A stretch of DNA of 64,000 nucleotides from NCBI RefSeq assembly GCF_006345805.1, contig NC_043011.1, positions 53,084,464 to 53,148,463 of the forward strand, in the 5' to 3' direction. The notes beneath the pieces were generated by a model that made no database searches, had not been told where the DNA came from, and worked only from the letters and a program-made list of their open reading frames with translations. How positions within the stretch are numbered: the first letter of the stretch is position 1; each line of letters begins with the position of its first letter. This document shows, in pieces, positions 52,090 to 63,777 of the stretch. Made by a program: the position numbers and the translations under genes. The DNA is from Octopus sinensis (Eukaryota).

Positions 52090-52275
52090 AGAGAGAGAGA
52101 GAGAGAGAGAGACAGAGACAGACAGACAGACACAGAGAGACAGACAGACAGACACAGAGAGAGACAGATAAACAGACAGAGAGAGAGACAGATCAACACA
52201 CAGAGGGTGAGAGATAGGGAGAGAGATAAAGAGATAGATAGATAACTAGATAGATAGGTAGATAGCTAGATAGAG

Positions 52276-52313
<38 letters not shown>

Positions 52314-52506
52314 TGGGGAGAATGGGACAATTTGATAGAAATACTGTAGAGTGAAATAATGTACGAGACAGACAGACAGACAGGTAGGTAGGTAGATAGA
52401 CAGATAGATAGATAGAGAGAAAGGGAGTGGGAAGAATGGGACAATTTGATAGATAGAAATACTGTAGAGTGAAATAATGTAGGAGACAGACAGCCAAGTA
52501 GGTGGG

Positions 52507-52581
<75 letters not shown>

Positions 52582-52582
52582 T

Positions 52583-52633
<51 letters not shown>

Positions 52634-52634
52634 T

Positions 52635-52689
<55 letters not shown>

Positions 52690-52690
52690 T

Positions 52691-52722
<32 letters not shown>

Positions 52723-52790
52723 GAGGGATAGACAGCTAGCTAGATAGATTGACAGAGTGACAGATACACAGACAGACAGATAGCTAGATG
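52090..52790. repeat. (GA)/(GACA)/(GATA)n arrays with an embedded ~110-bp tandem duplication (52311-52510)
   Basis: gaatgggacaatttgatag...ctgtagagtgaaataatgta occurs twice. Confidence 0.92.
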
Positions 52791-53039
52791 CAGAAAGAGG
52801 AAGAGATAGTTAAATTAATAAATTGATTGAGAGGGCAGAAAGAGTGGGGAATGAAGAAGAAGGTGAGACAATTGAACAAATAAAAACTGATAAATACAGT
52901 GTAAGGGAGAAATACAAAGAGAGAAAGGTAAGATTGGGATAAGATATAAGAGAGAAATAGATAGAGAGAAAGAAAAAAGGAGGAAGAATGAAGTATAATA
53001 GAAATGTGGAGAGGCAGACAGGAGGACGAAAGAGAGAGA

Positions 53040-53043
53040 GGAC

Positions 53044-53082
<39 letters not shown>

Positions 53083-53606
53083 AATGAGAGTGAGTGAGTG
53101 TGAGAGAAAGAGGGTGATTGAGACTATGTAGCAGAAATAGTGAGTGAAAAGAGATAGCTGTATGTGTGAATGAATGTGTGTGTGTGTGTGTGTGTGTCTG
53201 CGCATGTGTCTGTGTGTGCATGTGTGTGTGTGTGCGCATGTGTCTATATGTGTGTGTGGTGTATGCATGTGTGTATGCACACATGCATACATTCATATAT
53301 GAATACATACATACTTACCAGCACACACACACACACAGACACACACACAAAACCACACGCACAGACACACCAACACACACACACATATGTAATATATTCA
53401 TATGTAAGTAAATATTTACACTCACTTTTACACAGATGCACATATGCACACCCCTCCCACACACACACACATAAATATATGCATATATATAAAGAGAGAG
53501 GGGGAGAAAGAGAGAGTGAATGAGAGAATGAGAGAGAGGTAGATAGAGAGAAGAAACGAGAAAGCACGCGAACCAATTAAAATCTCTTCTCACCACCACC
53601 ACCACC

Positions 53607-53637
<31 letters not shown>

Positions 53638-53660
53638 TGACAACAGCAACCACCACCACC
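53040..53660. repeat. (GA)/(TG)/(CA)/(CAA) compound arrays
   Basis: Direct inspection. Confidence 0.9.
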
Positions 53661-54204
53661 ACACCCACCACCATTGCTTGTCATTGCACCTCTAAAAGAA
53701 CAAAGAGGAACAAGTGCAGTTCTGCAGAAGAGATAACACCAGAGAAGAATGCAAAGTTAAACAAACCCAAAATCACTTTATCACTTTTCTGGATTCTTAC
53801 TCGTTTTCTGTTTGATTATTTTTTTCTGTTTTTCTTTTTACTTCTTTTCTTCTTTTTTCTTCTTTATTCTTTCCTCCTTCCTCACACTTATCCTCACACG
53901 CTTTCCAATGTTGTTGTGTTTGTTTTTTTTCTTCTGCACCTCCTTGGGTATCTTGGAATACCTTCACATTCTCACTAAACAAACGATTGAATGGGAAAGT
54001 GAGAAATGAAGATAGTTTCGATGGAGTTTATATTAAATATTCCTCACATTAAGGGTGGCTGGATAAATTGGAAGCTTTGGCAATATGATGGATTAAAGTG
54101 TCTTATGATATTACTTAATCATGACCCTGTACATTCTGAGTTCAAATCCTGCTGAAGTTACTTTGGCTTTTTCACCTTTCCAAGACCAATAAAATATAGT
54201 TCCA

Positions 54205-54392
54205 TCATCATCATCATTGTTCGACCGTGGTCGAGACAATGGAATTTACCATGCTACACCAGACTTCACGGTCCATCATGGCATTACGGAGGTCCTGTTG
54301 CTGGATGTCTGTATCCCTGGAGATTACATCAGGGTAGGAGAGTGTGTGCCCTCTGGTATTGCAAGTAGATGGCTTCCAGAGGAGAAGACTAG
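54205..54392 (-). mobile_element. Second RTE-clade LINE family, 3' terminus
   Basis: LLWKPSTCNTRGHTLSYPDVISRDTDIQQQDLRNAMMDREVWCSMVNSIVSTTVEQ* then (gat)n; 13-bp TSD aaatatagttcca 54192-54204 / 54393-54405. Confidence 0.85.
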
Positions 54393-54440
54393 AAATATAG
54401 TTCCAGTCAAGAACTGGGGTCAATTTCATCGACTAGACCT

Positions 54441-54670
54441 ATTTCTTTATTACCCACAAGGGGCTAAACACAGAGGGGACAAACAAGGACAGACATAGGT
54501 ATTAAGTCGATTAGATCGACCCCAGTGCGTTACTGGTACTTAATTTATCGACCCCGAAAGGATGAAAGGCAAAGTCGACCTCGGCGGAATTTGAACTCAC
54601 AACGTAACGCAGACGAAATACCGATATGCATTTTGCCCGGCGTGCTAACGATTCTGCCAGCTCGCCGCCT
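54441..54670 (-). mobile_element. SINE family A1 monomer, young
   Basis: 17-bp TSD tttcatcgactagacct 54424-54440 / 54671-54687. Confidence 0.95.
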
Positions 54671-54947
54671 TTTCATCGACTAGACCTGCTTCCTTCTATG
54701 GCCTTCTCTTTCTTTTATATCTTACTTATTTCGGTCATTGGACTGAGGCCATGCTGAAGCACCACCTTGAAGTGTTTAGTCAAACATCATCAACATCAGC
54801 ATTTTCCGAGTCTTGAACTTATTCTGTCAGTTCCTTTTTCCCAAGCTGCTAAGTTATGGTGACATGAACTGGTTGCAAGTGTTGGGGATAGGAGACAGAT
54901 ACAAACATAGAAACACACACACACATATGTGTATAACATATACATAT

Positions 54948-55105
54948 AGGTGTAGGAGTGGCTGTGTGGAAAGTAGCTTGCTTAGGAACCACATGGTTCC
55001 GGGTTCAGTCCCACTGCATGGCACCTTGAGCAAGTGTCTTCTACTATAGCCTTGGGCCGACCAAAGCCTTGTGAGTGGATTTGGTAGACGGAAACTGAAA
55101 GAAGC

Positions 55106-55148
<43 letters not shown>

Positions 55149-55358
55149 GTGTATATGTTTGTGTGTCTTTGTTTGTCCCCCCAACATCGCTTGACAACCG
55201 ATTCTGGTGTGTTTATGTACCTGTAACTTAGCAGTTCGGCAAAAGAGACCGATAGAATAAGTACTAGGCTTACAAAGAATATGTCCTGGGGTCGATTTGC
55301 TCGACTAAAGGTAGTGCTCCAGCATGGCCACAGTCAAATGACTGAAACAAGTAAAAGT
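54948..55358 (+). mobile_element. SINE family B, full length (divergent to a degenerate minus copy at 54715-54930)
   Basis: Head ggtgtaggagtggctgtgtgg, core and tail. Confidence 0.92.
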
Positions 55359-55741
55359 ATACGTATGAAAAAGTGATCAAAAGTCTTTCCCAATGCTATA
55401 GGCTCATAAGGCTGGTTTCCAAAGATTCTGTGGTGTATAAGTTGCTTGTGATAGACTAGTGATCAGTCATCTGCAATTAATGAAGACCATGATTTCATCT
55501 ATGGAGTTGATCTATTATTATGTGTCCATAGATGGCTGATGAAGTTAATTCTGGCACAGAAACGGTGGCTACAGTCAGGATATGTGATCTGTGGCTTCGT
55601 TTAAAGTTCTGGTTGACCAGGCTTTGTAGAGTACAATTTTAGATTCTGTTCTCTGAATCTATGTCTCTTGCAAAGATTTTGTACTTTTGCTGTTGGGAGT
55701 ATGCTTTAGATGGCTGAGGGGAAATATATCAGAGGGGGGTT

Positions 55742-56122
55742 ACTCTTTTACTTGTTTCAGTCATCTGACTGCGGCCATGCTGGAGCACCGCCTTTAGTCA
55801 AGCAAATCGACCCCAGGACTTCTTATTCTTTGGAAGCCTAGTACTTATTCTACTGGTCTTGTTTGCCAAACTGCTAAGTTATGGGACGTAAACACACCAC
55901 CATCAGTTGTCAAACGAAGTTGGGGGACAAACAAACAAACAAACACAGACACATATATACGACGGGCTTCTTTCAGTTTCCGTCTACCAAATCCACTCAC
56001 AAGGCTTTGGTCAGCCTGAGGCTATAGTAAAAGACACTTGCCTAAGGTGCCACGCAGTGGGACTGAACCCAGAACCATGTGGTTGGTAAGCAAGCTACTT
56101 AGCACACATCCACTCCTGTGCC
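55742..56122 (-). mobile_element. SINE family B, full length
   Basis: Tail, core and head in reverse. Confidence 0.92.
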
Positions 56123-56329
56123 TATAAATTACATATAAATTACAAATATGGTAGGGTCTCACATATGTAACATAGTGAACTGGAAAACTTTGATACAGAG
56201 GGCTTCCAAAGCAATTTGCAAATGGGAACTTCCTCTAAAATTGGTTAACATCTAAAACCAATAAGGGTGATAACTCCAATAAAATCAGTTGATTTTTGGA
56301 CAAGAGAGAATATAATAAATAAATATATA

Positions 56330-56700
56330 AGGTGCACGTGTGGTAAGAAGTTTGCTTGCCAACGCCCTGGTTCCAAGCTCAGTCCCACTGCACGGCACAT
56401 TGAGCAAATGTCTTCTATAGCCTCAGGCTGACCAAAGCCTTGAGAGTGGATTTGGAAGAAGGAAACTGAAAGAAGCCCATCGTATGTGTGTGTGCTTGTC
56501 TCCCAGCACTGCTTGACAACTGGTGTTGATGTGTTTATGCTTGTAACTTAGTGGTTTGGCAAAAAAGATGATAGAATAAGTTCCAGGCTTAAAAAATAAA
56601 TACTAGGGTCAATTTATTCAACTAAAATTTCTTGAATTTATTCGATTAAAAATTCTTGAATTTATTCGACTAAAGATTCTTGAAGACTGAAACAAATAAA
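56330..56700 (+). mobile_element. SINE family B, diverged, with a 3x ~23-bp duplication in the tail
   Basis: Core gagcaaatgtcttctatagcc; attcttgaatttattcga repeats at 56620-56685. Confidence 0.8.
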
Positions 56701-56984
56701 AATAGGAAAAAATTCTTATTGGATTTAACTACCTTGATTGTTTGCAAATTTTAAAATAAAACATTCCTGGAAGTTTATGTCGACTAATGATTTAGCCAAC
56801 CTTAGTCAATCAAAGGCTTTCAACTTGCTACATTACACATATGAAACTCTCTCTATATATTTGGATGATGATGATGATGGTAGGCAGTTAACATTAATGA
56901 AAATGTAGGTAGATGGCTGTACACAAAGATGACTACAAGTAACTTTCATGTATTTTTAATATATGAACTGATACATAAAAAGCA

Positions 56985-57360
56985 CTATCCAGATCGTGGC
57001 CGATGCCAGCGCTGCCTCGACTGGCTTCCGTGTCGGTGGCACGTAAAAAGCACCATCCGAATCGTGGCTGAAGCCAGTGCCGCCTCGACTGGCTTCCGTG
57101 CAGGTGGCACGTAAAATGCACCAATCCGACCGTGGCCGATGCCAGCCTCGCCTGGCACCAGTGCAGGTGGCACGTAAAAAGCACCCACTACACTCACGGA
57201 GTGGTTGGCGTTAGGAAGGGCATCCAGCTGTAGAAACATTGCCAGATAAGACCGGAGCCTGGTGCAGCCTTCTGGCTTCCCAGATCCCTGGTCGAACCGT
57301 CCAACCCATGCTAGCATGGAGAACGGACGTTAAACTATGATGATGATGATGATGATGATG
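56985..57360 (+). mobile_element. RTE LINE 3' UTR copy (family C)
   Basis: Three tandem gtggcacgtaaaa units plus tail. Confidence 0.92.
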
Positions 57361-58094
57361 TTTAATGCAGACAACTGAAACTGGCTCCTTGTAATATGAA
57401 AAATAGGAGTGACAGATTGATGGATAATGGTTGTGAATGACTCTGAATAGGAACTACTGAAGCTGGTGATAGTACAAATGAATGATTTGGCTTTTATTCT
57501 GTTGAACAATCTGTACTACCTGCACCAGGAAAGTTTATATTTTAAGTAGAATAGATTTTTGCTGTGTGAATAATGATGGATGTGAAACAAGATTAAGAAC
57601 AAATTTAAGAGGAAGTGAGTGCATAGTACTACTGAGATCCTTAGAAACAAGGGTTTGGATCTTGAAAGTTATGAAAGGTTATCATGACTGTTGGAAAGAA
57701 AGATATTATTCAAGTTATTTGCCAAATTTCAGCATAATTAGCAGCTAGCTTACTTTTATGTGACAGTTTGTTTCCCCTGACAAAAGTATTGAATTTCTTG
57801 TCAGATTCTAATGACATTAAATCTTGTAAAGAGGGCTTTGAAGAAAATTGGATTTGGTTAATAACATCTTCCCCTCATTAAAATAGTTAGATAAATCAAA
57901 TCTTTCAGATGTAGAGTCATCAGAATCTGATTTTAAGGCAGCCAACACTTGAAGTGTTACAAAACATTGATGATATTTTATAGACGTTTCAGTTTATTTC
58001 TTTACAGATTATTAAGCTTTGTTGATAACTTTAATTAAGTCACACTTCTTCCTAATATGTAAATGTGTTTTGGAAAATGCTTCAAATAACATAG

Positions 58095-58661
58095 ACACAG
58101 GTGTGGCTGTGTAGTAAGAAGCTTCCTTTTCAACCAAATTGTTCCAGATTCAGTCCCACTGTGTAGCACCTTGGGCAAGTGTCTTCTACTATGGCTCTAG
58201 GCCAACCAAAGCCTTGTGAGAGGATTTGGTAGACGGAAACTAAAAGAAGCCTGTTATACTCTTTACTCTTTTACTCTTTTACTTGTTTCAGTCATTTGAC
58301 TGCAGCCATGCTGGTGCACAGCCTTTAATCGAGCAACTCGACCCCGGGACTTATTCATTGTAAGCCCAGTACTTATTCTATTGGTCACTTTTGCCGAACC
58401 GCTAAGTGACGGGGAAATAAACACACTAACATCGGTTGTCAAGCAATGCTAGAGAGACAAACACAACCATACATGCACACATATATATACATATATACGA
58501 CGGGCTTCTTTCAGTTTCCATCTACCAAATCCACTCACAAGGCTTTGGTCGGCCCAAGGCTATAGTAGAAGACACTTGCCCAAGGTGCCACGCAGTGGGA
58601 CTGAACCCAGAACCATGTGGTTGGTAAACAAGCTACTTACCACACAGCCACTCCTGCGCCT
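58095..58661. mobile_element. Two convergent SINE-B copies (5' half on + at 58095-58257; full copy on - at 58258-58661)
   Basis: Both match family B. Confidence 0.9.
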
Positions 58662-58756
58662 GTATATATATATATATATAGTCAATGTCTCATATGTCCA
58701 GAAAAGAAGCACACTCTAAAGTGTAGAGCAGTAAACTTAAAGTTATAAAGTTAATA

Positions 58757-59300
58757 CATTATTTACTTTATTTACATTTGATGGATATTTGTCCTCATCT
58801 TGTTTGTTGTTAACACAACGTTTCGGCTGATATACCGTCCGGCCTTCATCAGGTGTCTTGGGGAAATTTTGAACCTGGGTTCTCATTCCTAAGGTATTTT
58901 TCGATCTTGTTATTGTTATTATTATTATCATTATTCAGGTCACTGCCTGGAATCGAACTCTGAATCTTGGGGTTAGTAGCCTGCGCTCTTAACCACTACA
59001 CCATATGCCCATGGGCATATGGTTACTGAGATCCTTAGGCTACTAACCGCAAGATTCCGAGTTCAATTCCAGGCAGTGACCGGAATAATAATAATAATGA
59101 TAATAACAATAACAACAACAACAACAACATCGAAAAATACCTTCAGAATGAGAACCCAGGTTCGAAATTTCCCCAAGACACCTGATGAAGATTGGAGGGT
59201 ATATCAGATGAAATGTGTTAACAGCAAACAAGATGAGGACAAATATCCGTCAAATGTAAATAATGTACATAATTCCTCATCTCTTAAATATAGAACTGTA
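58757..59300. mobile_element. Head-to-head palindromic dimer of a tRNA-headed, hammerhead-carrying element
   Basis: Apex ccatatgccc-at-gggcatatgg (59001-59022); arms 58757-59010 (-) and 59013-59300 (+); 12-bp TSD ataaagttaata 58745-58756 / 59301-59312; A-box tggtgtagtgg, B-box gagttcgattcc. Confidence 0.85.
58812..58857 (-). ncRNA. Minimal type-I hammerhead ribozyme motif (left arm); degenerate mirror copy at 59177-59219 (+)
   Basis: Stem I GACAC/GTGTT; CTGATGA + A; stem II GGC...GCC; GAAA; palindromic ACGT; GUU triplet. Confidence 0.7.
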
Positions 59301-59421
59301 ATAAAGTTAATATCTGGTCATAGAGTGACCAATGGCTTCACATTCACAAAAGCTGTAGCTTCGCGGATGACTCATCAGACCCTAGTCTATTGGTCACTCT
59401 ATGACCAGACATTAACTTTAT
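59301..59421. mobile_element. Small MITE-like hairpin, 33-bp TIR (1 mismatch), 55-bp spacer
   Basis: ataaagttaatatctggtcatagagtgaccaat (59301-59333) vs 59389-59421. Confidence 0.75.
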
Positions 59422-59881
59422 TTCTTTAATATATATATATATATATAGGAGGAATTACAACCGTGTTTTGTGGTCTGCTACCACAACAGCTCCTTTATAG
59501 GATCCAGTTAGCTCAAGACATCATCAGGAGGAACCACGTCCAGTTTTGGCCCCTACTCCTCTACTGTTTTGATGTGGCGGGACCCCCCCTTTCGGAGGTG
59601 TCTTCAGCTCTGGTGTTGGGTGCATGTCTTCTTTCTTCTTTTTTCTGTTCCCTGGCCTCTTCGATGTAGCGTCAACGAGTGTCAACCGGTGACTGACTGT
59701 CTTGTCAAATTTCTCCCTTTAAATACCTGCCGCATAGGCTCCAGCAGGCAACCCCAACAAGTTGTCACGTGACACTGTCTCACCTTAACTGACTAGTGAA
59801 GGCACGTAGTTTTAGCCCGCACTTTTTCTAAATGACCGTCACCTGACAGGCAGTCTCAGCAAGTTGTCACGTGACACTCTC

Positions 59882-59918
<37 letters not shown>

Positions 59919-60094
59919 GCACATTAATATATACTGACTGTAATGGATCCTTGCCTCCAACAGTTGTAGTGTTATATATGTGTTTGGGATAGAGTTTGGC
60001 TTCAGAGTTGGACAAGCCATCAATAGGGCCAGGCCCTTTCTGGATGTGAAACCATAAACTTGAATGGACTTAAATTTAATTGAATATAAGTATA

Positions 60095-60318
60095 TGTGTG
60101 TGTGTGTCTTTGTGTCTTTGTTTGTCCCCCTTGACTCCTTGATAATTGTTGGTGTGTTTATATTTCTGTAACTTAGCGGTTCTGCAAAAGAGACCAAATA
60201 GAATAAATAATAGGTGTTAAAAAAAGCCTTAGGGTCAATTTTTTGAACTGAAAACCCTTCAAGGTGGTGCCCCAGCATAGCCACAGTCAAATGACTAAAA
60301 GAAGTAAAAGATAAAATA
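60095..60318 (+). mobile_element. SINE family B, 3' half
   Basis: gtaacttagcggttctgcaaaagagacc...gccacagtcaaatgact. Confidence 0.85.
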
Positions 60319-60356
60319 TAACGGTCAGCTCTGTTTCAGAATTCACTTGAGTGAAA

Positions 60357-60570
60357 GCGGTGAGCTAGCAGAAACGTTAGCACACTGGGTGAAATGCTTA
60401 GCAGTATTTCATCTGTCTTTACACTCTGAGTTCAAATTCCGCCGAGGTCGACTTTGCCTTTCATCCTTTCAGGGTCGATAAATTAAGTACCAGTTGTGTA
60501 CTGGGGTCAATCTAATCGACTGCCCACCCCTCCTCCTCCAAAATTTCAGGACTTGTGCCTAGAGTAGAAA
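60357..60570 (+). mobile_element. SINE family A2 monomer
   Basis: 19-bp TSD agaattcacttgagtgaaa 60338-60356 / 60571-60589. Confidence 0.92.
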
Positions 60571-60656
60571 AGAATTCACTTGAGTGAAAAAGTTTGCTTT
60601 TCATTGAAAGATATAATTTTCAGAGAAAAGTAGTTTTCTGTGAAAATATATAGCTT

Positions 60657-60835
60657 GGTGCAGGTGTGGCTCTGTGGTTAAGAAGTTTGTTTTCCAACCA
60701 TGTGATTCCAGGTTCAGTCCTACTGTATGGCACCTTGGACAAGTGTCTTCTACTATAACTTCAGGCAGACCAATACTTTGTGAGTGAATTTTGTAGGCAG
60801 AAACTGTGTGGAAGCCCACAGTATGTATTGTATAT
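60657..60835 (+). mobile_element. SINE family B, 5' half
   Basis: ggtgcaggtgtggctctgtgg...ccttggacaagtgtcttctac. Confidence 0.85.
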
Positions 60836-60851
60836 ATGTGTATATATGTTG

Positions 60852-60882
<31 letters not shown>

Positions 60883-60887
60883 CTGGC

Positions 60888-61082
60888 CCTTGTGCTGGTG
60901 GCACATAAAAGCACCCACTACACTCTTGGAGTGGTTGGTGTTAGGAAGGGCATCCAGATGTAGAAATTCTGCCAGATCAGATTGGAGCTTGATGCAGCCA
61001 TCTGGTTCACCAGTCCTCAGTCAAATCATCCAACCCATGCTAGCATGGAAAGCGGACATTAAACGATGATGATGATGATGAT
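60888..61082 (+). mobile_element. RTE LINE 3'-end copy (family C)
   Basis: gtggcacataaaagcacccactacac...aaacgatgatg. Confidence 0.88.
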
Positions 61083-61339
61083 GTATTTTGATGTCTCCCT
61101 GTTTTGCGTTCATGTGTTTGTTGTAAATGAGTGTCACTGTTATACAAGCGGTGTTATTCATTTCCAATATTCTGTGAAAAAACATCTGGCTGAGGGGGAA
61201 ATATTACTTTGCTTGGAGACAGGTAAGTGTTGTTGACAGGAAAAGCATCCAGCTGCAGAAAATCTTCGTCAACAAATTTCTTCTGACCCATGAAAGGATG
61301 GAAAAGTAGATTTTAAAATGACGATGATGATAATGATGA

Positions 61340-61600
61340 GTTCTCAGGGAAAAGTATAGGCCTGTGAGAAAAATATAGGGCTGTTTGTAAAATATAGTTC
61401 TGATTGAAAGATATAATTTCCAGTGAAAAATACAGCTCTGTATGAAAATAAAAAAAATATGGCTATGTTTGTAAAATATAGCTTTTACTGAAAGATATAA
61501 TTCTTAGTGAAAAATATGGCACTCTGTGAAAAATATAGCGCTGTTTGTAAAATATAATTCTCAGGGAAAAGTACAGATCTCTGTGAAAAAATAGCAATTT
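61340..61600. repeat. Degenerate AT-rich minisatellite (aaaatatag..ctgtttgt / gaaagatataatt subunits); related piece at 60595-60655
   Basis: Repeated ctgtttgtaaaatata and tgaaagatataattt motifs. Confidence 0.6.
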
Positions 61601-62109
61601 TAGAATTGGAAATAAAAGTCAAGATTGGTTGAGAATACAATTCAATAAAATTAAAATGAAAAGTAGTGAGTTTTATATCAGCCATGGAAAGAAATTTAGT
61701 AGAAAGTTATGCTTTTTATGGAGAAAAAAAAAACAACTGTAAAAAAAAAAGGAAATAAATTTTGACAGGAATAATAAATTATTTCTGCATGAGAAAATTG
61801 TTTAGCAACACGAAGCACTAGAACATTTTTAAACTCATTACTGTTTTTTATTTTTTTATGCATTAGTAACTAAATTACCATTTATAATATTTTTTTTATA
61901 AACTTCAGTTATCTAGAAGATGAAAAAAAATAACTCAGACATTTATGGAGAGAGAAATTTTGAGAAAATAAAAAAACTTTTACTGAGGTTCATTCTTTAT
62001 TTTTCTGAAAATATTCTAGAAGTCAAAGATCAACTGATTCTTCAAACACTTCATTTTTTTGACAACTGGCGGTGGGAAGCTAACCTTTTCTCTCCTTTCA
62101 AAGCCCAAA

Positions 62110-62430
62110 ATTAGTACTTATTCACTCCTTAACTCTCCAGCCATATCCACCCTAAATAATGTACCTGTTTCATGATCAAACAGGCCAGATCCAGCCTCTC
62201 ACACCTACCCTACAATGTCATTGTAAAAGTAAACAATCACATCATTGAAATCTTGATGGTACAAGATAATGCATGGTTCATTCAGAACAATGTGAGTAAA
62301 TATGAACACCACCCTGTACTTAACTCCATGTCCCCCTACATGGCCTTGCTATTTGCTTTTGAGCCAAATTAACTAACTAACTAACTAACTAACTAACATT
62401 TGAGAGTGTAATCTGGGCGCTAAAGGGTCA
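62110..62430. mobile_element. piggyBac-type MITE, degenerate; related fragment at 63620-63737
   Basis: aacaatcacatcattgaaatct core; right ends ctaaagggtcaa / ctaaaggcttaa. Confidence 0.55.
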
Positions 62431-63029
62431 ATGTACCTTATATATGAGAGTTCGCCAGACCTCAGTCAAATTGTCCAACCCATGCTAGCATGGAAAGCAG
62501 ACGTTATACTATGATGATGATGACACCAAATTTTATCTGACCTGTCAATATATACACACTGCATTTATCTGGCCAGTCAGTGTAAATAAATTATATCCAT
62601 TTATCCAGTCAAGAGGTCCATCCAATGAAGGCCTTTTATTCCTCATTTATACACAATGTCTAAAAATCTACTTAACATCAACGTATTGTGTCTCTCTGCT
62701 CAAAATCTGCATAGCAGCTCTACTTATCCAGTCTTCATAACACTTCTGTATATTTTAGCATGTACACACACATGATTCAATGGGATAGTATTGATGTGAT
62801 TGTTCATCCTACTATAAAAAGCAGTGAAATCACCTCCAAATCACACTTTGTTATCACAGATGATAGAGTAGGACACATCGCTTAATTTAGTTATGATAAA
62901 AAGAAAAAGACAGGACTTTCAAACCTGGAATACCATTCACTGCTGACCTAAGGCTATAAAGCAACAACAACAACAATAACACTGTGATCACTGCCACCAT
63001 CACCACCACCACCGACAACAACAAAATCT

Positions 63030-63533
63030 TGAACACACTGTAGTTGGCATTTGGAAGGGCATCCAGCTGTAAATAGCATGCCAAAACTGATCTCGCCTGT
63101 GCTGGTGCCATGTAAAAAACACTCATTCTACTCTGTGGGTCAGTTGGTGTTAGGAAGGGCATCCAGCCATAAAGACCCTCCCAAAACAGACACAGTAGCC
63201 TGAGGTAGTCTTCTACCTGGTTGGCTCCTGTCAAGCTGTCCGACCCATGCCAGCATAAAAGGCAGATGTTAAACGATGATTATGATAATGATGATGATGA
63301 TGATGATGACTGAGTGCTTTTTATGTGTTGGTGCCACATAAAAAGTACTCAGTCCACTCTGTGGGGTGGTTGATGTTATGAAGAGCATCTAGCCTGCCAA
63401 AAACCCTCCCAAAACAGACACAGTAGCCTGGCATAGTTTTCTACCTATCCAGCTCCTGTCAAACTGTCCGACCCATGCCAGCATAAAAGGCAGATGTTAA
63501 ACGATGATTATGATTATGATGATGATGATGATG
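63030..63533 (+). mobile_element. Degenerate RTE 3'-end copies including a local ~130-bp tandem duplication
   Basis: ccctcccaaaacagacacagtagcctg...cccatgccagcataaaaggcagatgttaaacgatgattatga at 63175-63310 and 63404-63533. Confidence 0.75.
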
Positions 63534-63777
63534 CTTGTATTTTACATTCAAAATATGAACACTATTCAATTATTCAATATTTGCATGCTGCTTACTTAGT
63601 CAACATCTGCAGTGTTTATGTAATTTTGAACATGAACAATCACATCATTGAAATCTCAAGACTACAAAATAATGCAGGATAAATTCAAAATATGCATAAA
63701 CAGCTGACAGAGTAGTCTGAATGCTAAAGGCTTAATAAACATCTGTACACAGTGTCTGGCCACTGAACATGTACTTA

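Noticed and set aside
57370-58080. Non-repetitive segment with partial open frames
   Set aside because: Multiple stops and no recognised motif
58945-59012. Possible genuine tRNA gene (also the SINE A/B/D heads)
   Set aside because: A and B boxes present but acceptor and anticodon stems do not close properly, and each is fused to a repeat body; tRNA-derived heads only
59345-59385. Minus-strand CTGATGAgtcatccgcGAAG in the MITE spacer
   Set aside because: GAAG not GAAA, stem II only 1 bp, no stem I
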